From the NCBI GenBank assembly GCA_045106895.1, contig JBGCFM010000019.1:1-20992 (forward strand): a DNA stretch of 20,992 nt. The letters run 5' to 3'. Of this stretch, positions 1-8,854 are shown piece after piece. Origin of the DNA: Polyangiales bacterium (GTDB lineage: Bacteria; Myxococcota_A; Polyangia; Polyangiales; Houyiibacteriaceae). The notes under the pieces were generated by a model. It was given only the letters and a program-made list of their open reading frames with translations, was not told where the DNA came from and searched no databases. The translations under genes were made by a program, and so were the position numbers. Every line of letters starts with the position of its first letter. The first letter of the stretch is position 1.

Positions 1-906
<906 letters not shown>

Positions 907-1099
907 GCAACGGGTCTCACTGACGGCTAGGGAGGGCGTGGAAACAGAACGAGGAGAGGTGTTGGTATCGCCCCGACGAAACGGTAACGCGCACCGAGAA
1001 GATCCGTCGAGTAGATTATTGTCCGCTAAGAGCGCGCAGGACTTTCGAACGGCCAATTTGCTCATTGCCGGCTCCAACTTTGCCGTTCTCTCGGAGACG

Positions 1100-1400
1100 G
1101 AAAATCGCGGCCGGAACGACGCGATCAGACGGAATGAGGCATTCCATCTGGCCAAAGCCAGTCAAGCAAACGCAGCCGTCGCCGGACGCGCAGCAAAGAG
1201 CACCCGCACCGCAGAGCGATTCCCCGTCTTCGCAGGTGAGCACGCTCTGGTCCGCGACGCACTCAGCACGGCACAACACGCGCCGGCGAAAAGATCCGCT
1301 GGCGCACAGCACGCCCACGCAGGCCTGGCCCGGCTCGCAGCAGGTGGCGACGGTGATCGTCTCGGTGGGTTCGAAGGCGACGGGTTCGTGGCTGAAAAGA
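1100..1400 (-). pseudogene. Possible remnant of a Cys-rich myxobacterial protein
   Basis: Minus-strand reading TCCEPGQACVGVLC...ECVADQSVLTCEDGESLCGAGALCCASGDGCVC with no convincing start or signal peptide; boundaries approximate. Confidence 0.3.
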
Positions 1401-1449
1401 CGGAATTGGGCTTTGGGAAGTCCTGAGCGCTTGAAAAGTCTCAATCGCG

Positions 1450-2274
1450 TTACTTCTTGCTGAGTTTTTTCAAAGCTGTGTCGCGATCAACCCACTGACA
1501 ATTCCGAATCGTGCCGACGATTTCTTGAACATCTGCACCACTGAAACCACTGTTCTGGGCTGTATCAATTGACTTCAAACTTTCGCTATTGGCGAAAACC
1601 TGAAGCCCTTTCGTAGTTAGATTTGTCCCGCGAATGCTGAGCTTTTCCGTCGCACCAAGTCCTTTGACCTGCGCTAAGAACGCGTCGTCAATTCCAGCTC
1701 CCGCCAGCGAGAGCATGGCGTCGGCGTCCAACTCCAAGCGTTTAATATCTTCAACCGGAGGCGGAGTCTCAAGGCTGATGTATCGGAGCTTTCCCTCTTC
1801 AGTTAGACGAGCCGAAAGACTCGGGCAAGACAACGACGCTCTCTTTCCGTTCTCGTACCAAGCTTCGGACTCGCGTTTTCCATCAGGCCGTTGCCTTCCG
1901 AATTCACCAGAAAGCTTGCCTGACTCAAACCACTCTTTGCCGCGCCCGTTGTTTCCTGTTTCGTCGTGCTCAAACACGCTTAGCAGTGCGCCGGTGTCGG
2001 AATCGAACTCAAAAGCGAAGCCATTGTACGGCGAGTCATCTAGATAAAGCAGCGGATCGGTTTCATCTTTTTCCTCGAGAACCGCAAAGTCCACTCGCGC
2101 AACTCCAACATCCCAGCGTTCTTCTGGCTCTCCTTTTACGCCATCATTGATAACGAAATTCCCTAAGACCTTCCCAGCTTCAACTCGATAAGCAACGCCA
2201 GAAAAAGCCTCGCCATCAAGACTATAGCTGCCGTTTTCAAAGGCTAGTCGGTTGAGTTTTATTCTTGTTATCAT
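1450..2274 (-). CDS. YwqK-like (MORN-variant) plus leucine-rich-repeat protein; probable orphan immunity protein
   Basis: Two YwqK-like units (YSLDGEAFSGVAY; YLDDSPYNGFAFEF), MORN-like KEWFESGK and EAWYENGK, and C-terminal LRR-like LSLAGAGIDD / LSIRGTNLTTKGL / LKSIDT. Clearly lower GC than the flanks. ATG at 2274 (TTG at 2295 is an alternative). Confidence 0.65.
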   Translation of the reverse strand: MITRIKLNRLAFENGSYSLDGEAFSGVAYRVEAGKVLGNFVINDGVKGEPEERWDVGVARVDFAVLEEKDETDPLLYLDDSPYNGFAFEFDSDTGALLSVFEHDETGNNGRGKEWFESGKLSGEFGRQRPDGKRESEAWYENGKRASLSCPSLSARLTEEGKLRYISLETPPPVEDIKRLELDADAMLSLAGAGIDDAFLAQVKGLGATEKLSIRGTNLTTKGLQVFANSESLKSIDTAQNSGFSGADVQEIVGTIRNCQWVDRDTALKKLSKK

Positions 2275-2775
2275 TGGTTCGATAGCATCAAGCAATCAAG
2301 GATTTGCGGTCAACAGTTCAGCCGCTACGTCAGAAAAAATCATCAGTCACCGCTGGGCAGCGAGAGGTCCCAGCGCCGGACACCTCTTGCATGGACCCCC
2401 TGCCCAATATGGCATGCACCTCAGTGGACACGATGTTCTTCCCCGCCGGGCCGATGAAGGGATGCCGGCAAGTCAGCTTGCTGGTTTCTGGCACTCCAGA
2501 GAGCGAATGCACAATCGGCGCTTGGGCGGACCCTGAAAGCGAGTTCTACTCCAATGTACTGCTGGTGAATGACGATGGCGACGCGGCGCTCGCCGAGGAC
2601 AATCGGGTGCCGTTCACCTTCGAGTATTCGTGGTGTGATCGACGACTTAGAGACCTCGGTGAAGGCCATGACTCTACCCATCGAAGAGCGGGCCCCTGGT
2701 CTCTCCATGAAGATGGAGCGGAGCGCCTCGGGTTTCCAAGAGACTTCAACTTTTGAAAAGATGGAGAAATCATGG

Positions 2776-2815
2776 GAACCCGAACCCGAACCCGACCCTG
2801 AACCCTGAACCCGAA
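2776..2815. repeat. Tandem GAACCC/GAACCCT repeat, six units
   Basis: gaaccc gaaccc gaaccc gaccct gaaccct gaaccc gaa; the minus strand has six GGG runs with 2-4 nt spacers. Confidence 0.9.
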
Positions 2816-2838
2816 AGTCAGCAATACGCGCTGTTGCG

Positions 2839-2867
2839 TGAAGCACTCTGAAACACGCGTGAAACGC
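2839..2867 (+). promoter_or_regulatory. Candidate bEBP enhancer: three phased TGAA(A/G)C direct repeats
   Basis: TGAAGCAC at 2839, TGAAACAC at 2849 and TGAAACGC at 2860 (10-11 bp period), about 55-80 bp upstream of the -24 box. Confidence 0.5.
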
Positions 2868-2918
2868 CGACACATCGCGTTGGAACGTCAAAACCCCTCT
2901 CATTCGCCATTTTTGGCT

Positions 2919-2934
2919 CGGCACGCCCCGTGCT
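2919..2934 (+). promoter_or_regulatory. sigma54 (-24/-12) promoter of the YeeE/YedE-SulP operon
   Basis: CGGCACGCCCCGTGCT fits TGGCACG-N4-TTGCW with exact GG-N10-GC spacing; the predicted start of transcription (~2945) lies just before ATG 2947. Confidence 0.75.
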
Positions 2935-2946
2935 TAGTGCTTCCTC

Positions 2947-3375
2947 ATGGAACACTTCACACCGCTTGCTTCGCTCTTTGGCGGAATCGTCATCGGCCTC
3001 GCGACGTCCCTCGTCCTCGTGAGCCACGGGCGAATCGCCGGCATAAGCGGCATCGCCGGCGGCATCCTCAAACTCCAAAAGGACGATACGAAATGGCGAA
3101 TGCTCTTCGTGGCCGGCCTGCTAAGCGGCGGCTTCGTCTACTCGCTCCTTTGGCCGAGCGCCTTCGCGGTGAGCATCAACCGTTCGACGCCCACGCTCAT
3201 CGCCGCAGGTCTGCTCGTCGGCGTCGGAACACAGATGGGCAACGGCTGCACGAGCGGTCACGGCATCTGCGGACTCAGCCGCTTCTCGGCGCGCTCCCTC
3301 GTCGCCGTCCTCACCTTCCTCACCACGGCGGCGACGTCTGTGGCTCAGATGAACGCGTTCGGAGGCGGACAGTGA
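2947..3375 (+). CDS. YeeE/YedE family sulfur-compound transporter subunit
   Basis: GRIAGISGI and GNGCTSGHGICG motifs; about four hydrophobic segments. Confidence 0.93.
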   Translation: MEHFTPLASLFGGIVIGLATSLVLVSHGRIAGISGIAGGILKLQKDDTKWRMLFVAGLLSGGFVYSLLWPSAFAVSINRSTPTLIAAGLLVGVGTQMGNGCTSGHGICGLSRFSARSLVAVLTFLTTAATSVAQMNAFGGGQ

Positions 3376-3818
3376 AGCCTCGTTTTGAAAAATCCTTGGC
3401 CTTCGTCAGCGGCGTCGTCTTCGCTGGAGGCCTCGCTCTCGCGGGCATGACGCAGCCCTCTAAGGTCATCGGCTTCTTCGACTTCAGCGCCGGCCTCGAG
3501 TCGTGGGATCCAAGCCTCGCCTTTGTGATGGCCGGCGGCATCCTCATCTTCGCGCCGATCTTTCGCTTGATCTCCAAGCGCGACCGGCCGTGGCTCGCCG
3601 CGACGTTTCGGCTCCCAACGCGTACGGACATCGACCGGCCCCTCGTCCTCGGTGCGGCGCTCTTCGGCCTCGGCTGGGGTATCGCGGGCTACTGCCCAGG
3701 CCCGGCGTTGGCCTCCGCCGGGAGCGGCTCCGCGGACGCCCTCATCGTCGTCGCCTCCATGTTCGCCGGCATGAAGCTCTACCAGCTCTTCTCTGCCCGC
3801 CACGCGGCGCGTAGTTAG
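3372..3818 (+). CDS. YeeE/YedE family partner subunit (DUF6691-like)
   Basis: GTG start overlapping the upstream TGA (GTGA); GMTQPSKVIGFFD, WDPSLAFVM and FGLGWGIAGYCPGP motifs. The ORF-track extension to 2838 is spurious. Confidence 0.92.
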   Translation: MKPRFEKSLAFVSGVVFAGGLALAGMTQPSKVIGFFDFSAGLESWDPSLAFVMAGGILIFAPIFRLISKRDRPWLAATFRLPTRTDIDRPLVLGAALFGLGWGIAGYCPGPALASAGSGSADALIVVASMFAGMKLYQLFSARHAARS

Positions 3819-3825
3819 GCGCGAA

Positions 3826-5550
3826 ATGGACCGCGCACCCACACCTCTCCCCAAGCCGACGACAGGCCTTGCGCGCCTTTTGCCGTTTCTCTCGTGGTTG
3901 CCCGCGTACAAACGCAGCGACGCGAAGAGCGACCTGAGCGCCGGGCTCACCACGGCTATCATGCTGGTCCCCCAAGGCATGGCCTACGCGATGCTTGCGG
4001 GTCTGCCGCCCGTCGTCGGTCTCTACGCCTCCCTCGTTCCCCTCGTCGCCTACACGCTCTTAGGCACCTCGCGTCAGCTCGCCGTCGGACCCGTCGCCAT
4101 GGACTCCCTCCTCGTCGCCCAAGCTCTCGCGCCTCTCGCCGTTCTGGGCTCCGACCAGTACCTCGCTTACGCAGCGCTCCTCGCGCTCCTCGTCGGCCTC
4201 ATGCAGCTGTCCATGGGGGTGCTGCGCCTCGGGCTTCTGATGAACTTCCTGTCGAACCCCGTCGTGAGCGGGTTCACCAGCGCAGCCGCGCTCATCATTG
4301 GCTTCAGCCAACTAAAACACCTCCTCGGCGTGCCACTGCCGCGCAGCAAGAACGTGCTCCATGTCCTCCGAAGCGCGGCGGAGGCGATGGGCGACTGGAA
4401 CCTACCGACCCTCGCCATCTCCGCCGGGAGCGTCGCCTTCCTCATCGCGGCGAAGCGCTGGCGTCCCAAAGCACCGCGAGCGCTCCTCGTCGTCGCCGGT
4501 GGCTCCCTCGTCGTTTGGGCCAGTGGACTCGCGGACTCCGGCGTCGCCATCGTTGGCCACGTCCCCTCCGGGTTGCCGGCGATCGCTCTGCCGACCTGGG
4601 ACATGGAGCGTGTCCAGTCCTTGCTCCCCATGGCGCTGACCATCGCCTTGGTCGCCATCATGGAAGCCATGAGCGTCGCGCGAACCTTCGCGCAAAAGGA
4701 AGGCTACGACATCGATGCCAACCAAGAGCTCATTGCCCTCGGCGTAGCGAACGTCGGCGGCGCGCTCTCCTCGGGTTACCCCATCACCGGCGGCTTCTCG
4801 CGCACCGCCGTCAACGCCCAAGCCGGCGCGAAGACCCCGCTCGCGGGGCTAGTCACGGCGGCCGTCGTGCTCCTCACGCTGCTCTTCTTCACGCCGCTCT
4901 TCTACTACCTGCCGACGGCGGTCCTCGCTGCGATCATCATGACCGCGGTCTTCGGCCTCATCGATATCAAAGGCATGCGGCGCTTGTGGACGGTCAAACG
5001 CAGCGACCTCGCCGTTTTGGTCGCGACCTTCGCCGCCACCCTTGGCCTCGGCATCGAACAGGGCATCCTCTTCGGCGTGGCGATGTCCTTGGTGCTCTTC
5101 GTGCTGCGCACGACGCGCCCCCACGTCGCCGTCTTGGGCGAGCTCCCGGACTCACGCGGCGTCTTCCGGAACGTGGAGCGCTTCCCCAGCGCCGAGCAAG
5201 CCAGCGGCGTGCTCATGGTCCGCGTCGACGCGCAGTTCTACTTCGCGAATACCAGCTTTCTCAAAGACACCCTCGAGCGCCTCGAACGCGAAGCGACGGA
5301 GCGACGTCAGGCGCCCATCCACAGCGTCGTCCTCGACGCCAGCGGCATCAACCAGCTCGACAGCTCCGCGGCGAGCGCGCTGCAGGACCTCGAACGAAGC
5401 TACGCGGCGCGGAACATTCGCCTCTTCGTCGCCTGCGCCAAAGGCCCCGTCCGCGACGTATTTGAGCGCGTCGGGCTAGGCGAAACCTTGGCCGGAAGGC
5501 TGCCCCAAACCCTCGCCCAAGCCGCCCTCGAAGCACATGCGTCGTCCTAG
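3826..5550 (+). CDS. sulP: SulP/SLC26 family anion permease with STAS domain
   Basis: PQGMAYAMLAGLPP..GLY, GTSRQLAVGP, NQELIALG, GGFSRTAVN; C-terminal STAS (FYFAN, VVLDASGINQLDSSA). Confidence 0.96.
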   Translation: MDRAPTPLPKPTTGLARLLPFLSWLPAYKRSDAKSDLSAGLTTAIMLVPQGMAYAMLAGLPPVVGLYASLVPLVAYTLLGTSRQLAVGPVAMDSLLVAQALAPLAVLGSDQYLAYAALLALLVGLMQLSMGVLRLGLLMNFLSNPVVSGFTSAAALIIGFSQLKHLLGVPLPRSKNVLHVLRSAAEAMGDWNLPTLAISAGSVAFLIAAKRWRPKAPRALLVVAGGSLVVWASGLADSGVAIVGHVPSGLPAIALPTWDMERVQSLLPMALTIALVAIMEAMSVARTFAQKEGYDIDANQELIALGVANVGGALSSGYPITGGFSRTAVNAQAGAKTPLAGLVTAAVVLLTLLFFTPLFYYLPTAVLAAIIMTAVFGLIDIKGMRRLWTVKRSDLAVLVATFAATLGLGIEQGILFGVAMSLVLFVLRTTRPHVAVLGELPDSRGVFRNVERFPSAEQASGVLMVRVDAQFYFANTSFLKDTLERLEREATERRQAPIHSVVLDASGINQLDSSAASALQDLERSYAARNIRLFVACAKGPVRDVFERVGLGETLAGRLPQTLAQAALEAHASS

Positions 5551-5772
5551 CCTGTACGCACTAGATCCTCTGGCAGGCATTGCTCCCTGCGCCCGAATCC
5601 TCGCATCGAAATCCGTCCGGGCAAGGCGGTCCACCGTCCCGGCAAGTTTGCGTGCAGTAGCCCGATGAGTCGGACGGTCCACGTCGGCACCACGGTTCGT
5701 TCGCTCCGGGCTCTCCGCCGCACGTATCTGACCTGCCCCATTTCTTCGGACCAAAAGTCTTTTTCTCATGCT

Positions 5773-5792
5773 GCTTCTCGGTGCCGAGAAGC
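5773..5792. terminator. Inverted repeat between convergent sulP and antitoxin genes; possible terminator
   Basis: GCTTCTCGG-TG-CCGAGAAGC, perfect 9-bp arms, but no clean U-tract after it on either strand. Confidence 0.35.
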
Positions 5793-5851
5793 CAGTTTGT
5801 CAGATTTTGAGTGGTCCTAAGAACGGGGGGGCAGGTCAGTAGCGCCGTTGA

Positions 5852-6139
5852 CTAAGCCGCAGTCTCAAGATTCTCTCGAATGATGCGTGGGTGCCGAGCG
5901 GCGATCCGAAGCAACGCGAGCCCAGGACCATGGGGAGTCACTCGGTCCTGCTCCCAGTTGCGAAGCGTGTGGACACTGATCCCCAGCGCAGATGCGAAGC
6001 GCTCTTGAGTGAGACAGATGAACTTGCGAAGAGCAGCGACGTCGCCAGCTTCTAGCTTTCCCGCATTGATTCGTTTTCGTTGCGTGCGGGTGAGGGAGCG
6101 CCCCAGCTCGGCACGGGTCAGTGATTCTGTGTCGCTCAT
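5852..6139 (-). CDS. XRE/Cro-type HTH antitoxin
   Basis: DVAALRKFICLTQERFASALGISVHTLRNWEQDRVTPHGP is a classic HTH_3 pattern; ATGA overlap with the toxin stop. Confidence 0.9.
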   Translation of the reverse strand: MSDTESLTRAELGRSLTRTQRKRINAGKLEAGDVAALRKFICLTQERFASALGISVHTLRNWEQDRVTPHGPGLALLRIAARHPRIIRENLETAA

Positions 6140-6387
6140 GTCATCGTCTCCGCATACTCAAAATAGAGATGTTCTTCGCTTTGGGTCGCCCAACGAGCAC
6201 TAATGACGCGGATGGCGTCGTCGTGGCGCTCTGTCGACTTGAAGCGGTCTTCGTCGCGGCTGTGGTCAATGTCGTAAATCTCGTAGACCGGGGCATCCGT
6301 CGCAAACAGCTCCTTAGCTTCCTCAAAAGAGACACCATGCTTCCGCTCATTGTAAGCGGCTTTGTCCAGGTCCCATTCAAAACGCAC
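6136..6387 (-). CDS. brnT: BrnT family ribonuclease toxin, apparently with an internal in-frame deletion
   Basis: RFEWDxxKAxxNxRKHGVSFEEA, DHSxDEDRF and IRVISARWAT motifs. Confidence 0.88.
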   Translation of the reverse strand: MRFEWDLDKAAYNERKHGVSFEEAKELFATDAPVYEIYDIDHSRDEDRFKSTERHDDAIRVISARWATQSEEHLYFEYAETMT

Positions 6388-6392
6388 AATGG

Positions 6393-6411
6393 AGTATAAG
6401 CTATTAGCTTA
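6393..6411 (-). promoter_or_regulatory. TA promoter -10 box with overlapping palindromic operator
   Basis: Minus-strand TATACT (6398-6393) lies 5 nt before the GTG start; perfect inverted repeat TAAGCTA-T-TAGCTTA at 6397-6411. Confidence 0.7.
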
Positions 6412-6437
6412 GACACGCCCACTCGGCGCGGCGTCAC

Positions 6438-7748
6438 TCAATTCTCTTCGCCGGACTCCGGCGCGGACGACTCGGTCAACGACTCGATCTCCTTGAGCCT
6501 CCGCCACAGCGTGCTGCGACTGATGCCCAAGCTCGCGGCGGCGCGGCCTCGATGACCCGACGCTCGCTCCAGCGCGCGTAGGAGCGCGACCTGCTCGGCG
6601 CTCAGCGTCTCCCCGCTGATCTCCGGTGGGACGTTCGGCACCGGCACGCGCTCCGTTCCGTTGAGCTCCGGAGGGAGCTGCGCCGCCGTCAGAACGGGCC
6701 CATCGCCCATGGCAAACGCGTACTCCATCACGTTGGCGAGCTCGCGTACGTTGCCCGGCCAGTCGTGTTCTTCGAGGAGCGAGAGCGCATCCGACGAAAT
6801 CGTCATCACCTCACGGTGCTCATCCGCGAAGTTCGCCAGCACGTGTTTGGCGAGCACCTCGATGTCTCCGTCGCGCTCGCGAAGAGGCGGTAGGAAGAGA
6901 GGGATCACGCGCAGCCGGTACATCAGGTCTTCGCGGAAGCGCCCTTGTCGAACAGCTTCCCGAAGCGAGGTATGCGTCGCGCTGATGATGCGCACGTCCA
7001 CCTTGATCGGCGAACGCCCACCGACTGGAACCACCGACTTCTCCTGAAGAACGCGCAGCAGTTTGCCCTGGAGCTCCAAGGGCAAGTCCGCGACCTCGTC
7101 GAGGAAGAGCGTTCCGCCGTGGGCGATTCGAAAGTGTCCCGGCGCATCTTTGACGGCGCCGGTGAAGGCCCCTCGAACATGACCAAAGAGCTCGGACTCC
7201 AAAAGGTGCGGCGGCAGAGCGGCGCAGTTGATGGCGCGAAACGGCCCCCCCTGACGTGGCGAAGCCTCATGGATCGCGCGGGCCACAAGCTCTTTGCCGG
7301 TGCCAGATTCGCCCCGCACGAGCACCGTCGTATCTCGGCGCGCCACGCGCTCGATCTCGCCGAAGAGACGCTTCATGCTCGACGCCGCCGTCACCATGCC
7401 CCAGCGCGTCATCAGGCCTTCCCTCGCCTCGGCTTCGGCGTCGCCAAGGACCAACATATATCCGCTGTGTATCGGCCACGCGCGCACGAAGAGGACCCGC
7501 GTGGGATCTTCCGCCGTCGGCCGTGGCACCCGCGCCGACACCGAGCGCCCCTCCGCGAGGGCCTCCGCCAAGGGTCGACGATCGGCGTCGCCACAAAGGA
7601 CATGAACGATCAGCGCTCCCTGCTGAAGACCTCCGACCAAGTCGTTCGCTTCGTCGGTCCAGCCCACCACACGAAGCTGCGCATCGAGGACAATCGAGGG
7701 GCCGAGCATCGCTTCAAGGGCACGGACAACCGCAGTTTCGTGGTCCAT
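6438..7748 (-). CDS. sigma54-dependent Fis-family activator with a PAS-like N-terminal domain
   Basis: [48 protein letters not shown] and C-terminal HTH ([17 protein letters not shown]). N-terminal [16 protein letters not shown] is PAS-like. Confidence 0.96.
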   Translation of the reverse strand: MDHETAVVRALEAMLGPSIVLDAQLRVVGWTDEANDLVGGLQQGALIVHVLCGDADRRPLAEALAEGRSVSARVPRPTAEDPTRVLFVRAWPIHSGYMLVLGDAEAEAREGLMTRWGMVTAASSMKRLFGEIERVARRDTTVLVRGESGTGKELVARAIHEASPRQGGPFRAINCAALPPHLLESELFGHVRGAFTGAVKDAPGHFRIAHGGTLFLDEVADLPLELQGKLLRVLQEKSVVPVGGRSPIKVDVRIISATHTSLREAVRQGRFREDLMYRLRVIPLFLPPLRERDGDIEVLAKHVLANFADEHREVMTISSDALSLLEEHDWPGNVRELANVMEYAFAMGDGPVLTAAQLPPELNGTERVPVPNVPPEISGETLSAEQVALLRALERASGHRGRAAASLGISRSTLWRRLKEIESLTESSAPESGEEN

Positions 7749-7792
7749 GCCGGCACCCTAGCAGAGCCGCCGCTCCTTTCATCCAGCCGCGT

Positions 7793-8854
7793 CTATCGGG
7801 CGATCCAAGCGCGCACCGCCGCGACGCCGACCTCGTCGACACGCTCCGTCCCGAGGGGCGGCATCTGCACATCCCCGCGGAGACCCATGCGCAGAAAGAG
7901 CTGCGAGGCGTCCGGGTTGCCAGGGACCATGATCACGTCGCTGCCTTCCACGTTGTGGAACGCCCTCACCCCAGCGCTCGTCTGCCAAGCCGGCGCATCC
8001 GTCGGGTCCACGAGGCCGACGGGAATTCCCAAGCGGAGGGTTCGCGTGCGGGACACGGGGTGGCTGTCGCCGTGGCAATGAGCGCAGTTCGCATGCAGAT
8101 AGCCGAGGGCGGCCTCGTCGATGGCGTCGCCGGGAATCTCCGCGGACACGGCGCCCGCCGGCAACATGCCTGCGCCTATCCACTCGGCGAAGAGCGTGGC
8201 CTCGAGCTGAACGGCGCCAATGCCCAGCACGAAATCACCCCCGCCTTGGTGGCAGCCGCGACACTGTGCTTGCGTCGGGACATCGTGCTCCGTCCCCAAG
8301 ACGTTTTGAGCGCCCTCGGGCGCCGCGTCCGCGTCGCGACCGTCGGCACGAAAGACATAAGAGACGTAGACCCAAAAGTCCTCGTCGCGCTTCCAGAGCA
8401 AACGTGTCTCCACGGGCACCCCGCCGACAATGAACTCTTTGAAGATGCGCGTGCCCACCGGGAAGGCCCAATGGTCCGCGTCGCGCACGTCGATGCTCTG
8501 GCCTTCCGGCAACAAAATGTGACGCGCTTTGTCCGCGTCGTCGGTCCACAAAGGAAAACGCACATCGTAGCTGCGCACACCGGGGGCGTACGCACCGCTC
8601 ACGCCCTCGGCGAAGAGTCCCGCGAGGGACAGAGTCTCCGGGAGACCTGGCCCGGCGTCGGAGCCGGCGTCCGCAGCGGTCGGGTTGGTGTCCGCGCTTG
8701 TGTCCTGGGCCGCTCCGTCTTGGACAGCGGCATCCATGCCAGCGTCCAAGGCCGCAGGAGTGTCAAGCTCAAGCGAGCCGTCCATCCCCGCATCCGGAGA
8801 TGACGGGGACGCGCCACAAGCCGCAAGGCAGCAGAGCAGGAACCGAAGCGTCAC
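7793..8854 (-). CDS. Diheme c-type cytochrome lipoprotein (SO2930-like)
   Basis: GTG at 8854 overlaps the upstream TGA; lipobox LAAC; PLWTDDADKAR, FPVGTRIFKEF, VETRLL, two CxxCH motifs (CRGCH, CAHCH) and a distal QMPPLG. Confidence 0.8.
   Translation of the reverse strand: MTLRFLLCCLAACGASPSSPDAGMDGSLELDTPAALDAGMDAAVQDGAAQDTSADTNPTAADAGSDAGPGLPETLSLAGLFAEGVSGAYAPGVRSYDVRFPLWTDDADKARHILLPEGQSIDVRDADHWAFPVGTRIFKEFIVGGVPVETRLLWKRDEDFWVYVSYVFRADGRDADAAPEGAQNVLGTEHDVPTQAQCRGCHQGGGDFVLGIGAVQLEATLFAEWIGAGMLPAGAVSAEIPGDAIDEAALGYLHANCAHCHGDSHPVSRTRTLRLGIPVGLVDPTDAPAWQTSAGVRAFHNVEGSDVIMVPGNPDASQLFLRMGLRGDVQMPPLGTERVDEVGVAAVRAWIAR

Noticed and set aside
2360..2520. PAAR-like/DUF4150 resemblance of PAPDTSCMDPLPNMAC...GPMKG
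   Set aside because: Lacks the PDVCxTP, PYPN and GDExG motifs; similarity too weak.
2776..2815. CRISPR array or eukaryotic telomere contamination
   Set aside because: Units are 6-7 bp with no spacers, the array is short, and it sits in continuous bacterial sequence.
5547..5769. Small minus-strand ORFs after sulP
   Set aside because: No recognisable motif or ribosome-binding site; at most a gene remnant.
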